Under the pieces are notes generated by a model. The model was not told the origin of the DNA. It worked only from the letters and a program-made list of their open reading frames with translations, and made no database searches. The position numbers and the translations under genes are program-made. DNA of 64,000 nt from Candidatus Latescibacterota bacterium. Its GTDB lineage: Bacteria > Latescibacterota > UBA2968 > GCA-2709665. The stretch's first letter is position 1. Each line of letters starts with the position of its first letter. Shown here in pieces: positions 49,883 through 60,402 of this stretch. Location of the stretch: positions 64,001 through 128,000 of the forward strand of contig CBDDDZ010000002.1 in NCBI GenBank assembly GCA_965226795.1, in the 5' to 3' direction.

Positions 49883-49894
49883 GGAAAACGCGGT

Positions 49895-51862
49895 ATGCCG
49901 AGACCTGCCGGGAAACGTGAAGTGGCGGTAGCCGGCACGAAGTCGGCGTTGCGCGGGGTTTCGGCGCGCGCCCTGAGCGTTGGCCTGGGTATTGCCGCCC
50001 TGCACAATTTCTGGAGCCTGCACTCGCTCTATATCATCCGGGGTTCATGGCTGAACCGGACGCACTTCCCCATGGGTGTGTTCGTGCCGTTCCTGATACT
50101 CGTCCTGTCGGCTCCGATTCTCCGGCGGTTCGTTCCCAGAATGGCGTTGTCCGGCCCGGAACTCCTGGTGGCGCTGTGTGCGGGCCTGGCGGGGGGCATG
50201 GTGCCGACGTTCGGTCTTTCCACGACCTGGATCGGCATGCTGGCGATCCCCGACTACCTTGCCACGCCCGAGAATATGTGGGGCGAGTACCTTCTGCCCC
50301 ATGTGCCCGGCTGGATGCTGCCATCCAACGCGCAAGGCGCCATGAGATGGCTCTTCGAGGGTTTGCCGCCCGGTGAGGGGATTCCCTGGGGCGCGTGGGC
50401 GGCCCCGCTCTTCTGGTGGACCGCGCTGCTCGGCGGGATGGCGCTGGTCTCTTTCTGTTCGGTCGTCGTGCTGCACCGGCAGTGGTCGGGGTACGAACGG
50501 CTGGCTTATCCCATTCCCGCAGTGGCCGCGGATATGGCGGAGGGGGCCGAGGGTAGAGGCGAGTGGGCCGGGTTGTTGCGGAACCGGTTGTTCATTGCGG
50601 GGATGCTTGTCGCGCTCACGATCAAGGTCTGGAACCTGATTCCGGCCTTTGTTCACGGATTTCCGATGATCCGTGTGTTTCACCAGCAGTTGTGGGTGCA
50701 CTTTACGCAATACTCACAGGTCCATGTGAGCCTGAATTTCTATACCATCGGGTTCGCGTACCTGACTGGCCTGGACCTGCTGCTGAGTATCTGGCTGTTT
50801 CATCTGTTTTACATTCTGGAGATCGCGGCTTTCGCCCGGGTTGGACTGGGGATTGCGGGATTCTCCGGCGGGGTGGTGTCCTGGCAGGGCGGCGGCGCGA
50901 TGATGTGCTACGTGGGTCTGGCGCTCTGGACTGCCCGCGGTCACCTCAAACGCGTGGTCCGCTCTGCGCTGGGCCGCGCGGGCGGAGCGAACGACGCGGA
51001 GGCGCTGATGCGTTACGCGTGGGCGGTGTGGGGCCTGATTCTGGGGGTGGCCTTCGTGATCTGCTGGTTGCGGATGGCGGGTATGGGTCTGCTCCTGGCC
51101 ACCGCGTTGACCGTGTTCCTGTTCACCAGTTACCTGGGCCTCGCGCGCATTGTCGCGCAGACCGGCCTGCTTTACGTGAACTTCCCTCTCAGCGGCCAGG
51201 CGCTCATTCTGGGCACGTTGGGCGCGGCGTCCATCCCGGCTCCCGGGCTGACCGCAATGGCTTTTACGAATGTCTTCGCGAACGACCGGATGGGCCTGTT
51301 CATGCCGGCTTTTGTACAGATCGCAAAGCTGGCCGAACGGGTGGAACGGCACCGGAGGCGGTTGGGGTGGGTTGTGGGGCTGGGCCTGCTGACGAGCATT
51401 GCGACGTCGGTGGTCCTGACGCTGTATTGGGGGTATTCCGGCGGGGCCTACAATTTCGGAAGTATCGCGCTGTTCCGCAGGACGGTCCCGAGCGTGAACG
51501 GATACGTCAGCCACATGCGCAGCCCGGATCCCGTTCAGGCGGCGCCGTTTATTCTCTTTGCGGCCGGCGCCGCGGGAATGGCGCTGCTGGCGTTCCTGCG
51601 ATACCGGTTCAACTGGTGGCCGGTGCACCCGGCCGGGCTGGCCGTGGCCTACACCGGCATGACGAAGCACGCGGCTTTCAGCATCTTTGCCGCCTGGATC
51701 TGCAAGTTTATTGTGATAAAAACCGGCGGAATGCTGCTTTATCGGCGGACGGTGCCGTTTTTTATCGGGACGATCGTCGGGTACGCTCTGGCCGTGGCGC
51801 TGGGTTACGTGCTGGACGTAATCTGGTTCGAAGGGCAGGGGCACGCCGTACACGCATATTGA
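49895..51862 (+). CDS. DUF6785/DUF6784-type polytopic membrane protein, copy 2
   Basis: Paralog of 42962-44926: YLATPEN.W, LHRQWSGYERLAYP, ARIVAQTG, RFNWWPVHPAG...PFFIG. Confidence 0.85.
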   Translation: MPRPAGKREVAVAGTKSALRGVSARALSVGLGIAALHNFWSLHSLYIIRGSWLNRTHFPMGVFVPFLILVLSAPILRRFVPRMALSGPELLVALCAGLAGGMVPTFGLSTTWIGMLAIPDYLATPENMWGEYLLPHVPGWMLPSNAQGAMRWLFEGLPPGEGIPWGAWAAPLFWWTALLGGMALVSFCSVVVLHRQWSGYERLAYPIPAVAADMAEGAEGRGEWAGLLRNRLFIAGMLVALTIKVWNLIPAFVHGFPMIRVFHQQLWVHFTQYSQVHVSLNFYTIGFAYLTGLDLLLSIWLFHLFYILEIAAFARVGLGIAGFSGGVVSWQGGGAMMCYVGLALWTARGHLKRVVRSALGRAGGANDAEALMRYAWAVWGLILGVAFVICWLRMAGMGLLLATALTVFLFTSYLGLARIVAQTGLLYVNFPLSGQALILGTLGAASIPAPGLTAMAFTNVFANDRMGLFMPAFVQIAKLAERVERHRRRLGWVVGLGLLTSIATSVVLTLYWGYSGGAYNFGSIALFRRTVPSVNGYVSHMRSPDPVQAAPFILFAAGAAGMALLAFLRYRFNWWPVHPAGLAVAYTGMTKHAAFSIFAAWICKFIVIKTGGMLLYRRTVPFFIGTIVGYALAVALGYVLDVIWFEGQGHAVHAY

Positions 51863-51893
51863 CTTGAGCGCATATAACGGAGGTAATGGACCA

Positions 51894-54800
51894 ATGCGTA
51901 TTCCACCGGTGTACACGGAACTCAAGGATCTCAATCTCGATACGGAACTGGTCCGAAGCGGCCGGGCGAACGTAACGATCGTGGTTCCGGCAGGCCTGAT
52001 TTACGCCGGCTCCGCGAAACGCCTGCAAGCGGCAATAAAGGCGCGAACGGGTGTGCGCGTGCCCATTGTCGAGGAATCGTCCGTGGCGGGTACCGAGCCC
52101 ATTTCAGGACACCTGATCGTACTTGGCAACCGGTCCGGCAGCCACACGATAGAAGCGCTCTACAACCAATACTACACCCTGCTGGATCTGCGCTATCCCG
52201 GGGCTGGCGGGTACGAGGTCCGGTCGCTTCACAATCCGTTCGGCGACGGGAACAATGTGATCTTTGTGGGCGGCAGCGATGCAGAGGGCGTGTCGGCGGC
52301 GGCGGATGCGCTGGTGAGGAAGGTGTCGGAAGCGGAGGGTGAAGAAGGCGCGCTTTCGCTGGGTTGGCTGATGGAGATCGAACTGGGGAGGGGGATTGTG
52401 GTGCCGCAGGACATCCGGGAATTCGAAACCTGGGAGGCCTCCTCGGGATACGGATCGGTGGGGTATTTCGGGTGGAACAGCATCAGCAAGCGGATGGCCA
52501 TGTATTATATGACGGGAGACCCCTTTCACGCGCGGGAAGCCCTCCGGCTGGCCTTCCCGGACGACCGGGCGAAGGCCGAAATCACAGAGATCGATGGAGA
52601 GCGGATCGAGAACAAGGACGAGCCGCTCGGCGGCCCGTACCACTACAACGCGCACATGATGATTCTCTACTGGGATCTGATTGAGGAGAGTCCGGTGTTT
52701 ACGGATGCCGAACGCCTGCGGGTTACGAATGCCTTTGCGTCTCAGCTCGGGCACGCGCAGGACCAGGGCCCGCGGCGGCAGGTGGTGGAGAATGTGCGAC
52801 GCGGCAAAAGGGGATTCGGAGACCCGCCGCACTGCGTGGGGTCGCGGCACGGGCAGTGGTCGGCGATTTCGCTCTACTGCCTGGGCCGATACTTTCACGC
52901 CTACTACCCGCATGCGCTCTGGGAACAATCCATGGAGGCGGCCAGGTGGCATTTTACATCCCTGCATCGACATGCGTGGGTTGACGGGGAGCACGACAAC
53001 CTGTTCTGGTACAATACCGGTATGGCTCCTGTTCTGAGCTATATGCTGCTTACGGGCGACCGGAAGCCGATCGAGAACGGGGTGCTGGCCACCCTGCTTC
53101 GCGGGCAGGAAATCCTCGCCTCGGGTCGCGAACCCGATTGGGCGCTGAATTCCGCGTCCATCGGGTTTCTCAACAAAGCCGCCTATCTGACGGGTGACGG
53201 CCGTTACCGTGAATACCTTCGCCGAACCGGGATGGACCTGGAAAACTTCCGGCTGGGGCAGTCCTTCTGGCCCGAGGGCGATCTCGAGGCCGTGCTGCCC
53301 GCGGACCTGGTGAACAGGTGGTCCATCCATCCCATCCCCGAGCCGATGTGGCGCGAGCGAGCCGGCGGATTGCCGCTGGAAGACTCGTTCCTGTTCGGCA
53401 GCTTTCGGAGCGCGGCCGACTCAACGGGCGATTTCATTCTGGTGAAGGGGATGAACGGCGCGTCTCGGAACGCGTACCACACCTTTGTGATCCTGGAACT
53501 GCGACTGGGAGGACAGACGCTGCTGGAAGGCTATCTGAACCAGGTGCTGACCCGTTCGGAGGGGATGGTAGAGCCCGTTGTGGCGATGGATTCCGCGCTG
53601 AAGTATCGCGATGTGGTCGGGGGGACCGCCGTGATCGCGGCCGTTGTGCCTGGGGCGGCGTTCTGCACGTGGCGCAGGACACTGGCGCAGCGGGTGGGCC
53701 GGTACGCGCTGTTTGTTGACCACCTGACATTCCGAGCGGACAGCGAGGAACTGGAGGTGGAGGTGCTGTGGCAGGGAAAGGGCGCATGGGACGCGCTGCC
53801 GGATGGAGGCGCTGTACGTATCCGGGATGCGGGACAGATCCGCATGTCGGAACCGTTGGAGACCACGGTTGCGGACGGGCAGGCGCGCATGATATGGCGG
53901 GGACGCGTGGAGAAGGGTGGTGGGCAATGCTTTTTCTCGTTGTTGGCGGGGGAGGATACGTCGTGCGCGCGGTTGGGCGAGAATGCCGCGGCCCTGGCGC
54001 TGCCGGAGCCGGCCGTAGCCGCCGTGGGCGAATACGAGGGACTCAGAGGAGACCTGGTGGTGCTGGCGGGAAGCCACCTCCACGGCGTCAACCTGACCGA
54101 GGCGTCGCTGGGCGCCCGGTTTTCCGCTCGAGCGCACCCGTGCAGGTCGACTGGGACTTTCAAAGCGGCACGCTGGAGGTGGTTGCGGATGAGGAGACCG
54201 AAATCCGGTTGGCTGTCGCCGATCCGCGTGGTATGCGCGTGGGCGGAAGGGTTCTGGAGGACGCGGGGGATGGATTGTCCCCAGCGACCGTCCGAATCCC
54301 TGCGGGACGGCACACGGTATCCGGCGCGGTACCGGATGCGGCCGCGCTTGAAAGGGTGACGGCGCGCCTCGAGGGCCTTCTGGAGCAGGGCCGGGATGCC
54401 AGACGGCTATCCGCGGCCGCGCTATCGCCTGTTCTGCCGGATGTACCCTCCATGGCGCCTGTTTTCGCGACCGGCGTGGGTGGCGCGGTGGTGGACCTCG
54501 TCGTCGCCGATTCCGGCGAGGAAACGCGAATCTGTGCGGCTGAAACCCAGAATGTCCACGTGTTGTCACGGGAGGGGGTAGTACTCCGGACCCTGCGGAC
54601 GGATGGTCCCATCCGTCTCCTCCACTGGTGGGCGGAGCACAAACTGCTCCTGGCGGGATGCGTGGACGAGAAGGTCATCGCGTTCGATCCGGATACGGGC
54701 GCCCGGAAATGGGTGTTTGTTTCCGAGGAAGACCCGGCGGTTTTCCGGGCTGCAAAACCGTACTGGTTCAAGACGGCTCCGGGGCACGCGGGCGTTCATG

Positions 54801-55609
54801 GACTCCATTCCGGCGTTTTTCTGGATGGCGAGAGCCAGGCTTTCGTGGGCAGCGCCTGCACACTCGAGATCCTGGATTATAACGGGAATCTCGTGAAACG
54901 GCTTCCGGTGTTCTGGGGGCCGGGTTCCCGGTTTGCCCTGATCGACGGGCCCGAGGGCAGCATCGATCTGCTGATTGCGCGGCAGCCTACGGATTCGCAC
55001 GCGATGGCCGTTGTGAACAACCGCGAGTTGGACCCGAAACAGCGCGGCTTCCGCGACGTGCCGGACGGACAAACGAATATCGGCGGGTGGGCCTGCATGA
55101 GCCGGAAACACATCTTTTACGAGGACCTGGACGGGGACGGCAAAAGGGAAGTGGTCAGCGAGATCAACGGGACCTGGAACCGGGTGACGGTCTGGACGGA
55201 GGATGGGCGGGCGCTGCACAACGTCCACCTCGGCCCGGGGCAGCGCATTCCGGCGGACAACGTGCGGGATTTCGACGTTGTCGACCTGGATGGCGACGGC
55301 AGGAAAGAGCTGCTCGCGGCACTCTCGGGCGGGCTGATACTTGCACTCGATCACCGATGTGAGAAGGTCTGGGCAAGGCGGCTGCCCTGTCCGCCGACGG
55401 TGATGGCAGCCATCGGGGCCGGGGTCGGCGCCAGGGTCGTGGCGGGCTGCGAAGACGGTACGCTGGTCGTCCTGGATGGCGGTGGCAGGGTCGTCGGGTC
55501 GGGCAGGATGACGGGGAGGCCGACCGGAATTGTCCGTGTGGATGGAAATGTCGTTCTGGCAACGGATCAGGGTGAGGTCAGGGAATGGCGGATGGATGAC
55601 CGCAGGTAA
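51894..55609 (+). pseudogene. Large lyase-fold plus beta-propeller protein, paralog C; single frameshift at ~54115
   Basis: GGAGGT RBS before ATG 51894; YPGAGGYEVRSLHNPFG and WDLIEESPVFT in the first frame. The second frame resumes PVFRSSAPVQVDWDF (paralog A2 has LFESDAPVSVEFDL) and gives DLDGDG repeats. May be a sequencing error. Confidence 0.78.
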
Positions 55610-55633
55610 GCGGGACAACGGTTAGGGGGAAAA

Positions 55634-58600
55634 ATGGACGCGGATCGAGGGTCGATCGGACTGAAAATCGATGCGTTGAAACGAATGCACCTGGAGACGG
55701 TGCTGGCGGCAGACGGCGAACCCGGTGGGAAGATCGTCATCGGGGAAAATCCGGAGCACCAGCGGCAGGCGCAACGCATCGTGGAACGTATTCAATCGGC
55801 CACGGGCGCCCGTCTGCCGGTGGTCCGCGCCGATGACGCGACCGGGGGAGGCCTGCTTGACAGTCACGCGGTCGCTCTGGGAAATATGGCCGACAACCCG
55901 TTCGTCCGCTGGCTGTATTACCAGTGGTGGGCCATAGAAGATCTCTGTTATCCCGGCGAGGGAGGGTATACGCTCCGTACGCTGCACAACCTGCTGGGAA
56001 ACGGGAAGAATGTGGTCCTGCTGGGAGCCAGCGACGAAAGCGGGCTGGACCGCGCGGCATCCCGTTTTCTGTCGCGGGTCGACGCTTGCGAGAGGCTGAG
56101 TTTCGGGTGGCTGATGGACGTCGCGCCGGGCCCGGCCTTCGATTCTCTCGACCATCCGCCGGACGGGTGGCTTGAGGAGCGGCGGGAGGACTTTATCGGA
56201 AGGGTAAGCCAGCCGCATGCCTCCAAAGCGGGGGCTGGCCACGGGATGGTCACGGAGGCGGGAAGGCAGGGCCTGGCGTACCATCGGACGGGGTTCGAGG
56301 TCTATGCGAAGGCATTGCGCGAGGCGGTGGATGCGCATCTGAAGATGGGGGAACACGGCGTGATGGCCCACTTCAACGTGTGGTGGCTTGCGGTGATCTG
56401 GGACCTGATCGAGGAGAGTCCGGTGTTTTCAGACGAGGATCGCCTGCGGATCACGCGGTATCTGCTGTGGTTAATGGATTCGGAGGAAGGCGCGTACAAC
56501 CACTTCTTCCGCCAGGGGGTGGGCCACCGGATGGTGCGTCAGAACCACCAGACGCTGGTGGGCCTGTCGTCGTGGTTCGCCGGTCGATATTTCTCTACGC
56601 ACTACGGAATGCCGGAGGCGGAGGAATGGCAGGCGGCGTCCGCGGATCTGTTCAAGGGGCAGGCGTCGTCGTTCAAGCCGACCGAGGATGCCAATGCCTA
56701 CCAGTGGACGACACTGGACCATCTCCTGACCTATACGCTGGCCAGCGGGGACAGGACGTACGTTGAGAACGGAAATTGTCGCCGGTCGTTGGACCAGGCG
56801 GTATTGTACTGCAACAATCTCGGGGCCATGCCGGCGTTCGGCGACTCGGGGGGATGCCAGGTACCTCCACCGGCGAGTTTCCTGGTGAAGGCGGGGCACG
56901 TGCTGCGGGATGGCCGCGCGGAGTTCCTGATTCGCGCGCGATCGGACCGGGTTTCGCTTGTACACGGATTCGAGAAATATTTCTGCGATGGCCTGGAACC
57001 CGAATCGCCCCGGGAAATGGCAGGCGTGCGGATGCTGGAAGTGGCGGAGGGTTTCTACAATTTCGCCAGCGACCCGAAGGCTCGCCCGTCGGAAGTAAAG
57101 CCTCTCAATCTGCCGCGCGACAATGCGTTCGATACCGTGTGTTTCCGCGAGGGATTCGACCGGGCCGATCAATACCTGATGCTGCACGGGATCTCCTACG
57201 GCAACCACGGGCACGACGACGGAAACACAATTGTGGAGTTCTCCGCGAACGACCGGGTATTCCTGGTAGACGCCTCTTACACGGAGGGGCCCACCCTGAA
57301 ACATCACAACGGGTGCACGGCGGTTCGAAACGGAGAGCCCTGGCAGGTGCCCGCGCTGTGCCGTCTGGAGGGGCTGGCGGACCTCGACCGTATGGGAATG
57401 AGCCGAACATCGATGGAAGTGGAATCGGGAGCGCTGTGGACCCGAAATATGGTGTGGAGGGTCGGCCGGTTCTTCGTCGTCATCGATGAAATCCAGGCCA
57501 CTGAAGCGGGTGCGTTCGCGCTCCAATGCAACTGGCGGACGCTGGGTACGCCCACGCTGGACGGGAATCGGCTGGAGACCGTCCAGAAGGATCCGGATGA
57601 CGGGCGCGAGGATCGGTTCGTCTTGGAAGGCATGGGCGGTGACCGTATTGATATGGAGCGGGACTGGGAGGCTTTCGGGCATTGGTGGAAGGACTATCCG
57701 TACTCGGACGACTACGTCAATATCCTGCGGCAGTCCGTCAACCGCACGATGGAGGTGGGAGACAGGCATACATTCATCAATCTGTTTTACGCGACAAACG
57801 AAGCGAAACCGGTGGATGTGCGGATGCGTCGCGTCGCGGAGACCGCGGTCGTAATCGAGGGGTCGGAGGGACGGATGCTGATCGGGACCGGAGGCGCGGG
57901 CGGCGCGTTTTCGGCGGGACCGATATCCGGCAGAGCCGATGCCTACGCGATCGGAGATGGATGGTTTTCTCTTTTGGGAGGCAGGCTGTTGCGCGGGGAG
58001 ACAACGCTATTCGAAAGCGACGCGCCGGTGTCCGTTGAGTTCGACCTGGAGACGGGCGTCGGTGCGGTGGACGTATCTGAACCCGCAAACGCGGCGTTGT
58101 GCGGAGAGGTACATACGCTCCCGGCAGGAAAACAGCGGGTGCGCCAGGCGCCCGTGGTCAGTGGCGGCATACCGGACCGCGTGTGGCGCCTGGACGATTG
58201 GGGGGCTGGTGCACAGAAACGCCTCCGGCCGGCATCGGCGGCATCCCTGCGCCCTGTATGGTCGCGCGACTTCGGTTCGGCTGTACGATGCGTGGCGCGC
58301 AGGGGGGATGGTGCGGTTGCGGGAACGCAGGACGGGCGCGTGGTCGCGTTGACGCGGGAAGGAGAAACCGACTGGACGTTCGGGGCCGGGGATGCGGTGC
58401 TGTCGGTGTGCGCGGCGGGGCAGGCCGGGGACGACCGCGCCCCGGTGGCGGCAGGGGCGAACAACCGGTGTCTCTACTATCTGGATGGAGAAGGCGCCGT
58501 GCGATGGTCCCACGAGTTCGCGATCTTTCGAGGAGGGTGGGAATGGTATACCCGAAATTCGTCCGTTGAACTGGTGAAGTCTGCGGATCTTCGAGGCACG

Positions 58601-59332
58601 GGGCGGCCGGATATTCTTGCGGCGGTCACGGATCGGCAACTCCACTGTTTCGACGCGGACGGCAACAAACGCTGGAATTTCTTTATCTACGGGATCTTCG
58701 ACCCCTTTTGCCTGGCGGACGTGGACGGAGACGGCCGTCTGGAGGTGATCGGCGGGCCGGGCCGGATTTCCTGCGGCGGAACGTGCTATGTGCTGGACGC
58801 GGACGGCGGCACAATCGCCAGCAACGGGCTGGACGGATGGCCTTCGATGCTTCCCGGGTGCGACGTGTATCTGTCCGAAAATGGCGACAATCTGATCGCC
58901 TGCGGTACGACCCGGTCGAGAGTCCACGCGCTTCGGCTTGACGGCGATTCTCTGACACCCAGGTGGACACGGGATGTGGGCGAAGAGGTGCACGCGGTTG
59001 TGGCGTTGGACGTGGACGGCGATGGGAGGCCCGAAGTCGCGGCCGGATCGGATTGTTTCTACCTCTACCTGTTCGACGAAAACGGCGTCGAGCGATGGCG
59101 GCGCAACCTGGAGGCCCCGGTGCGCCGTCTGGTTGCCATCGACCTGAATCGGGATGGCACGCCGGAGATCGTCGCCGGGTGTGACGACGGGAGCGTATGG
59201 ATACTGGGCGGAGACGGAGAGACCCTCGGTGTCCACCGTACAGAGGCGAAGATTCACGCCCTGACGCCCCACGGAGAAGGCCGCCTGCTGCTCGGTTGTT
59301 CGGACGGGACCCTTTCGATGCTGGGGCTGTGA
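55634..59332 (+). CDS. Large lyase-fold plus beta-propeller protein, paralog A2 (close paralog of 23183-26920)
   Basis: Long identical peptide stretches shared with A1, e.g. VWWLAVIWDLIEESPVFSDEDRL, FLVDASYTEGPTLKHHNG, CGGTCYVLDADGG. Confidence 0.8.
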   Translation: MDADRGSIGLKIDALKRMHLETVLAADGEPGGKIVIGENPEHQRQAQRIVERIQSATGARLPVVRADDATGGGLLDSHAVALGNMADNPFVRWLYYQWWAIEDLCYPGEGGYTLRTLHNLLGNGKNVVLLGASDESGLDRAASRFLSRVDACERLSFGWLMDVAPGPAFDSLDHPPDGWLEERREDFIGRVSQPHASKAGAGHGMVTEAGRQGLAYHRTGFEVYAKALREAVDAHLKMGEHGVMAHFNVWWLAVIWDLIEESPVFSDEDRLRITRYLLWLMDSEEGAYNHFFRQGVGHRMVRQNHQTLVGLSSWFAGRYFSTHYGMPEAEEWQAASADLFKGQASSFKPTEDANAYQWTTLDHLLTYTLASGDRTYVENGNCRRSLDQAVLYCNNLGAMPAFGDSGGCQVPPPASFLVKAGHVLRDGRAEFLIRARSDRVSLVHGFEKYFCDGLEPESPREMAGVRMLEVAEGFYNFASDPKARPSEVKPLNLPRDNAFDTVCFREGFDRADQYLMLHGISYGNHGHDDGNTIVEFSANDRVFLVDASYTEGPTLKHHNGCTAVRNGEPWQVPALCRLEGLADLDRMGMSRTSMEVESGALWTRNMVWRVGRFFVVIDEIQATEAGAFALQCNWRTLGTPTLDGNRLETVQKDPDDGREDRFVLEGMGGDRIDMERDWEAFGHWWKDYPYSDDYVNILRQSVNRTMEVGDRHTFINLFYATNEAKPVDVRMRRVAETAVVIEGSEGRMLIGTGGAGGAFSAGPISGRADAYAIGDGWFSLLGGRLLRGETTLFESDAPVSVEFDLETGVGAVDVSEPANAALCGEVHTLPAGKQRVRQAPVVSGGIPDRVWRLDDWGAGAQKRLRPASAASLRPVWSRDFGSAVRCVARRGDGAVAGTQDGRVVALTREGETDWTFGAGDAVLSVCAAGQAGDDRAPVAAGANNRCLYYLDGEGAVRWSHEFAIFRGGWEWYTRNSSVELVKSADLRGTGRPDILAAVTDRQLHCFDADGNKRWNFFIYGIFDPFCLADVDGDGRLEVIGGPGRISCGGTCYVLDADGGTIASNGLDGWPSMLPGCDVYLSENGDNLIACGTTRSRVHALRLDGDSLTPRWTRDVGEEVHAVVALDVDGDGRPEVAAGSDCFYLYLFDENGVERWRRNLEAPVRRLVAIDLNRDGTPEIVAGCDDGSVWILGGDGETLGVHRTEAKIHALTPHGEGRLLLGCSDGTLSMLGL

Positions 59333-59409
59333 TTGTGACGATCTCTGCGATGGTTCGGGTAGACTGAATTCACGAAACCCTCGAGCGGCGCAGTTCAAAG
59401 GAGAGTTCC

Positions 59410-60402
59410 ATGACGAAAATGCTGCGCGTTGGGCTGGTCGGATGCGGCGGGCAGACCCGCCTCAACCTCGCGCCAGCGTTCGCCCGTATCGAATCCGCGC
59501 GTCTGGTTTCGTGTGCGGACGTCGATGAAGCCAGGGCGCAACAACTGGCCGAAGCGTTACAGATCGAAAAGGTGTTCGCCCGTTCTGAGGACGTCACGGG
59601 CAGCGCGGACGTGGATGCCGTAATCGTGGCCGTCCCGCACCGCTTCCTCAAGGACGTGGCGCTCTCGGCCATCGGCGCCGGGAAGCACGTCTTCATTGAG
59701 AAGCCCATCGGACTCAATGCGGTGGAGGGCGCAGAGGTGGTGGATGCCGCCGCCCGGCACGGCGTGGTGGCGATGGTGGGCTATTGCATGCGGTATTCCC
59801 TCAGCCGGATGTTCATCAAGTCCCTTCTGGATCGGGGCGCGGTGGGAGACGTCAGCTTCGTGGCGGCCGGCAAGGGGGGCGGCCCGCTGGGCGGGTGGCT
59901 CGGGGGGCCTTACGCGGAAGGGGGCGGCCAGCTTCTCTTTCTGGGTTCCCATCTGACCGACCAGGTGCTCTGGATGACGGGCGACGAAGCCGAAGCCGTG
60001 TCGGGAACCGTGCGATGGACGCCCGGCGGGACGGACGAGACGTCGGTATACACCGTGCGCCTGAAGGGGGGTGCCGTCGCGACGTTTTCCGTCTCCCAGG
60101 CGTCCGGCGTCGGCTACGACTTCGTGGACGTGTTCGGAACCCGCGGCCGCGTACGGGGAGATTGGAAAGGCGACGTCGTGACGATTGAGAGCCGGGTAAT
60201 TCCAGAATACGCGCACCCCACGGTCCTTCGCATCCCCGGCGACGATCTCGCCGAAATGTGCTATCGGGAAATGGCCGCGTTCGTCGAGGCGGCGACGTCG
60301 GGCGCTCCCGCGCCCATCCCGGTTTCGGACGGCCTGCGCGTGCTCCGGATCCTGGATGCCGTGGTTTCGTCATCCACGGAGAACAGCTGGGTCGAGGTCT
60401 AG
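59410..60402 (+). CDS. Gfo/Idh/MocA-family oxidoreductase
   Basis: GLVGCGG, GKHVFIEKP, MVGYCMRY, GGGQLLFLGSHLTD. Confidence 0.92.
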   Translation: MTKMLRVGLVGCGGQTRLNLAPAFARIESARLVSCADVDEARAQQLAEALQIEKVFARSEDVTGSADVDAVIVAVPHRFLKDVALSAIGAGKHVFIEKPIGLNAVEGAEVVDAAARHGVVAMVGYCMRYSLSRMFIKSLLDRGAVGDVSFVAAGKGGGPLGGWLGGPYAEGGGQLLFLGSHLTDQVLWMTGDEAEAVSGTVRWTPGGTDETSVYTVRLKGGAVATFSVSQASGVGYDFVDVFGTRGRVRGDWKGDVVTIESRVIPEYAHPTVLRIPGDDLAEMCYREMAAFVEAATSGAPAPIPVSDGLRVLRILDAVVSSSTENSWVEV

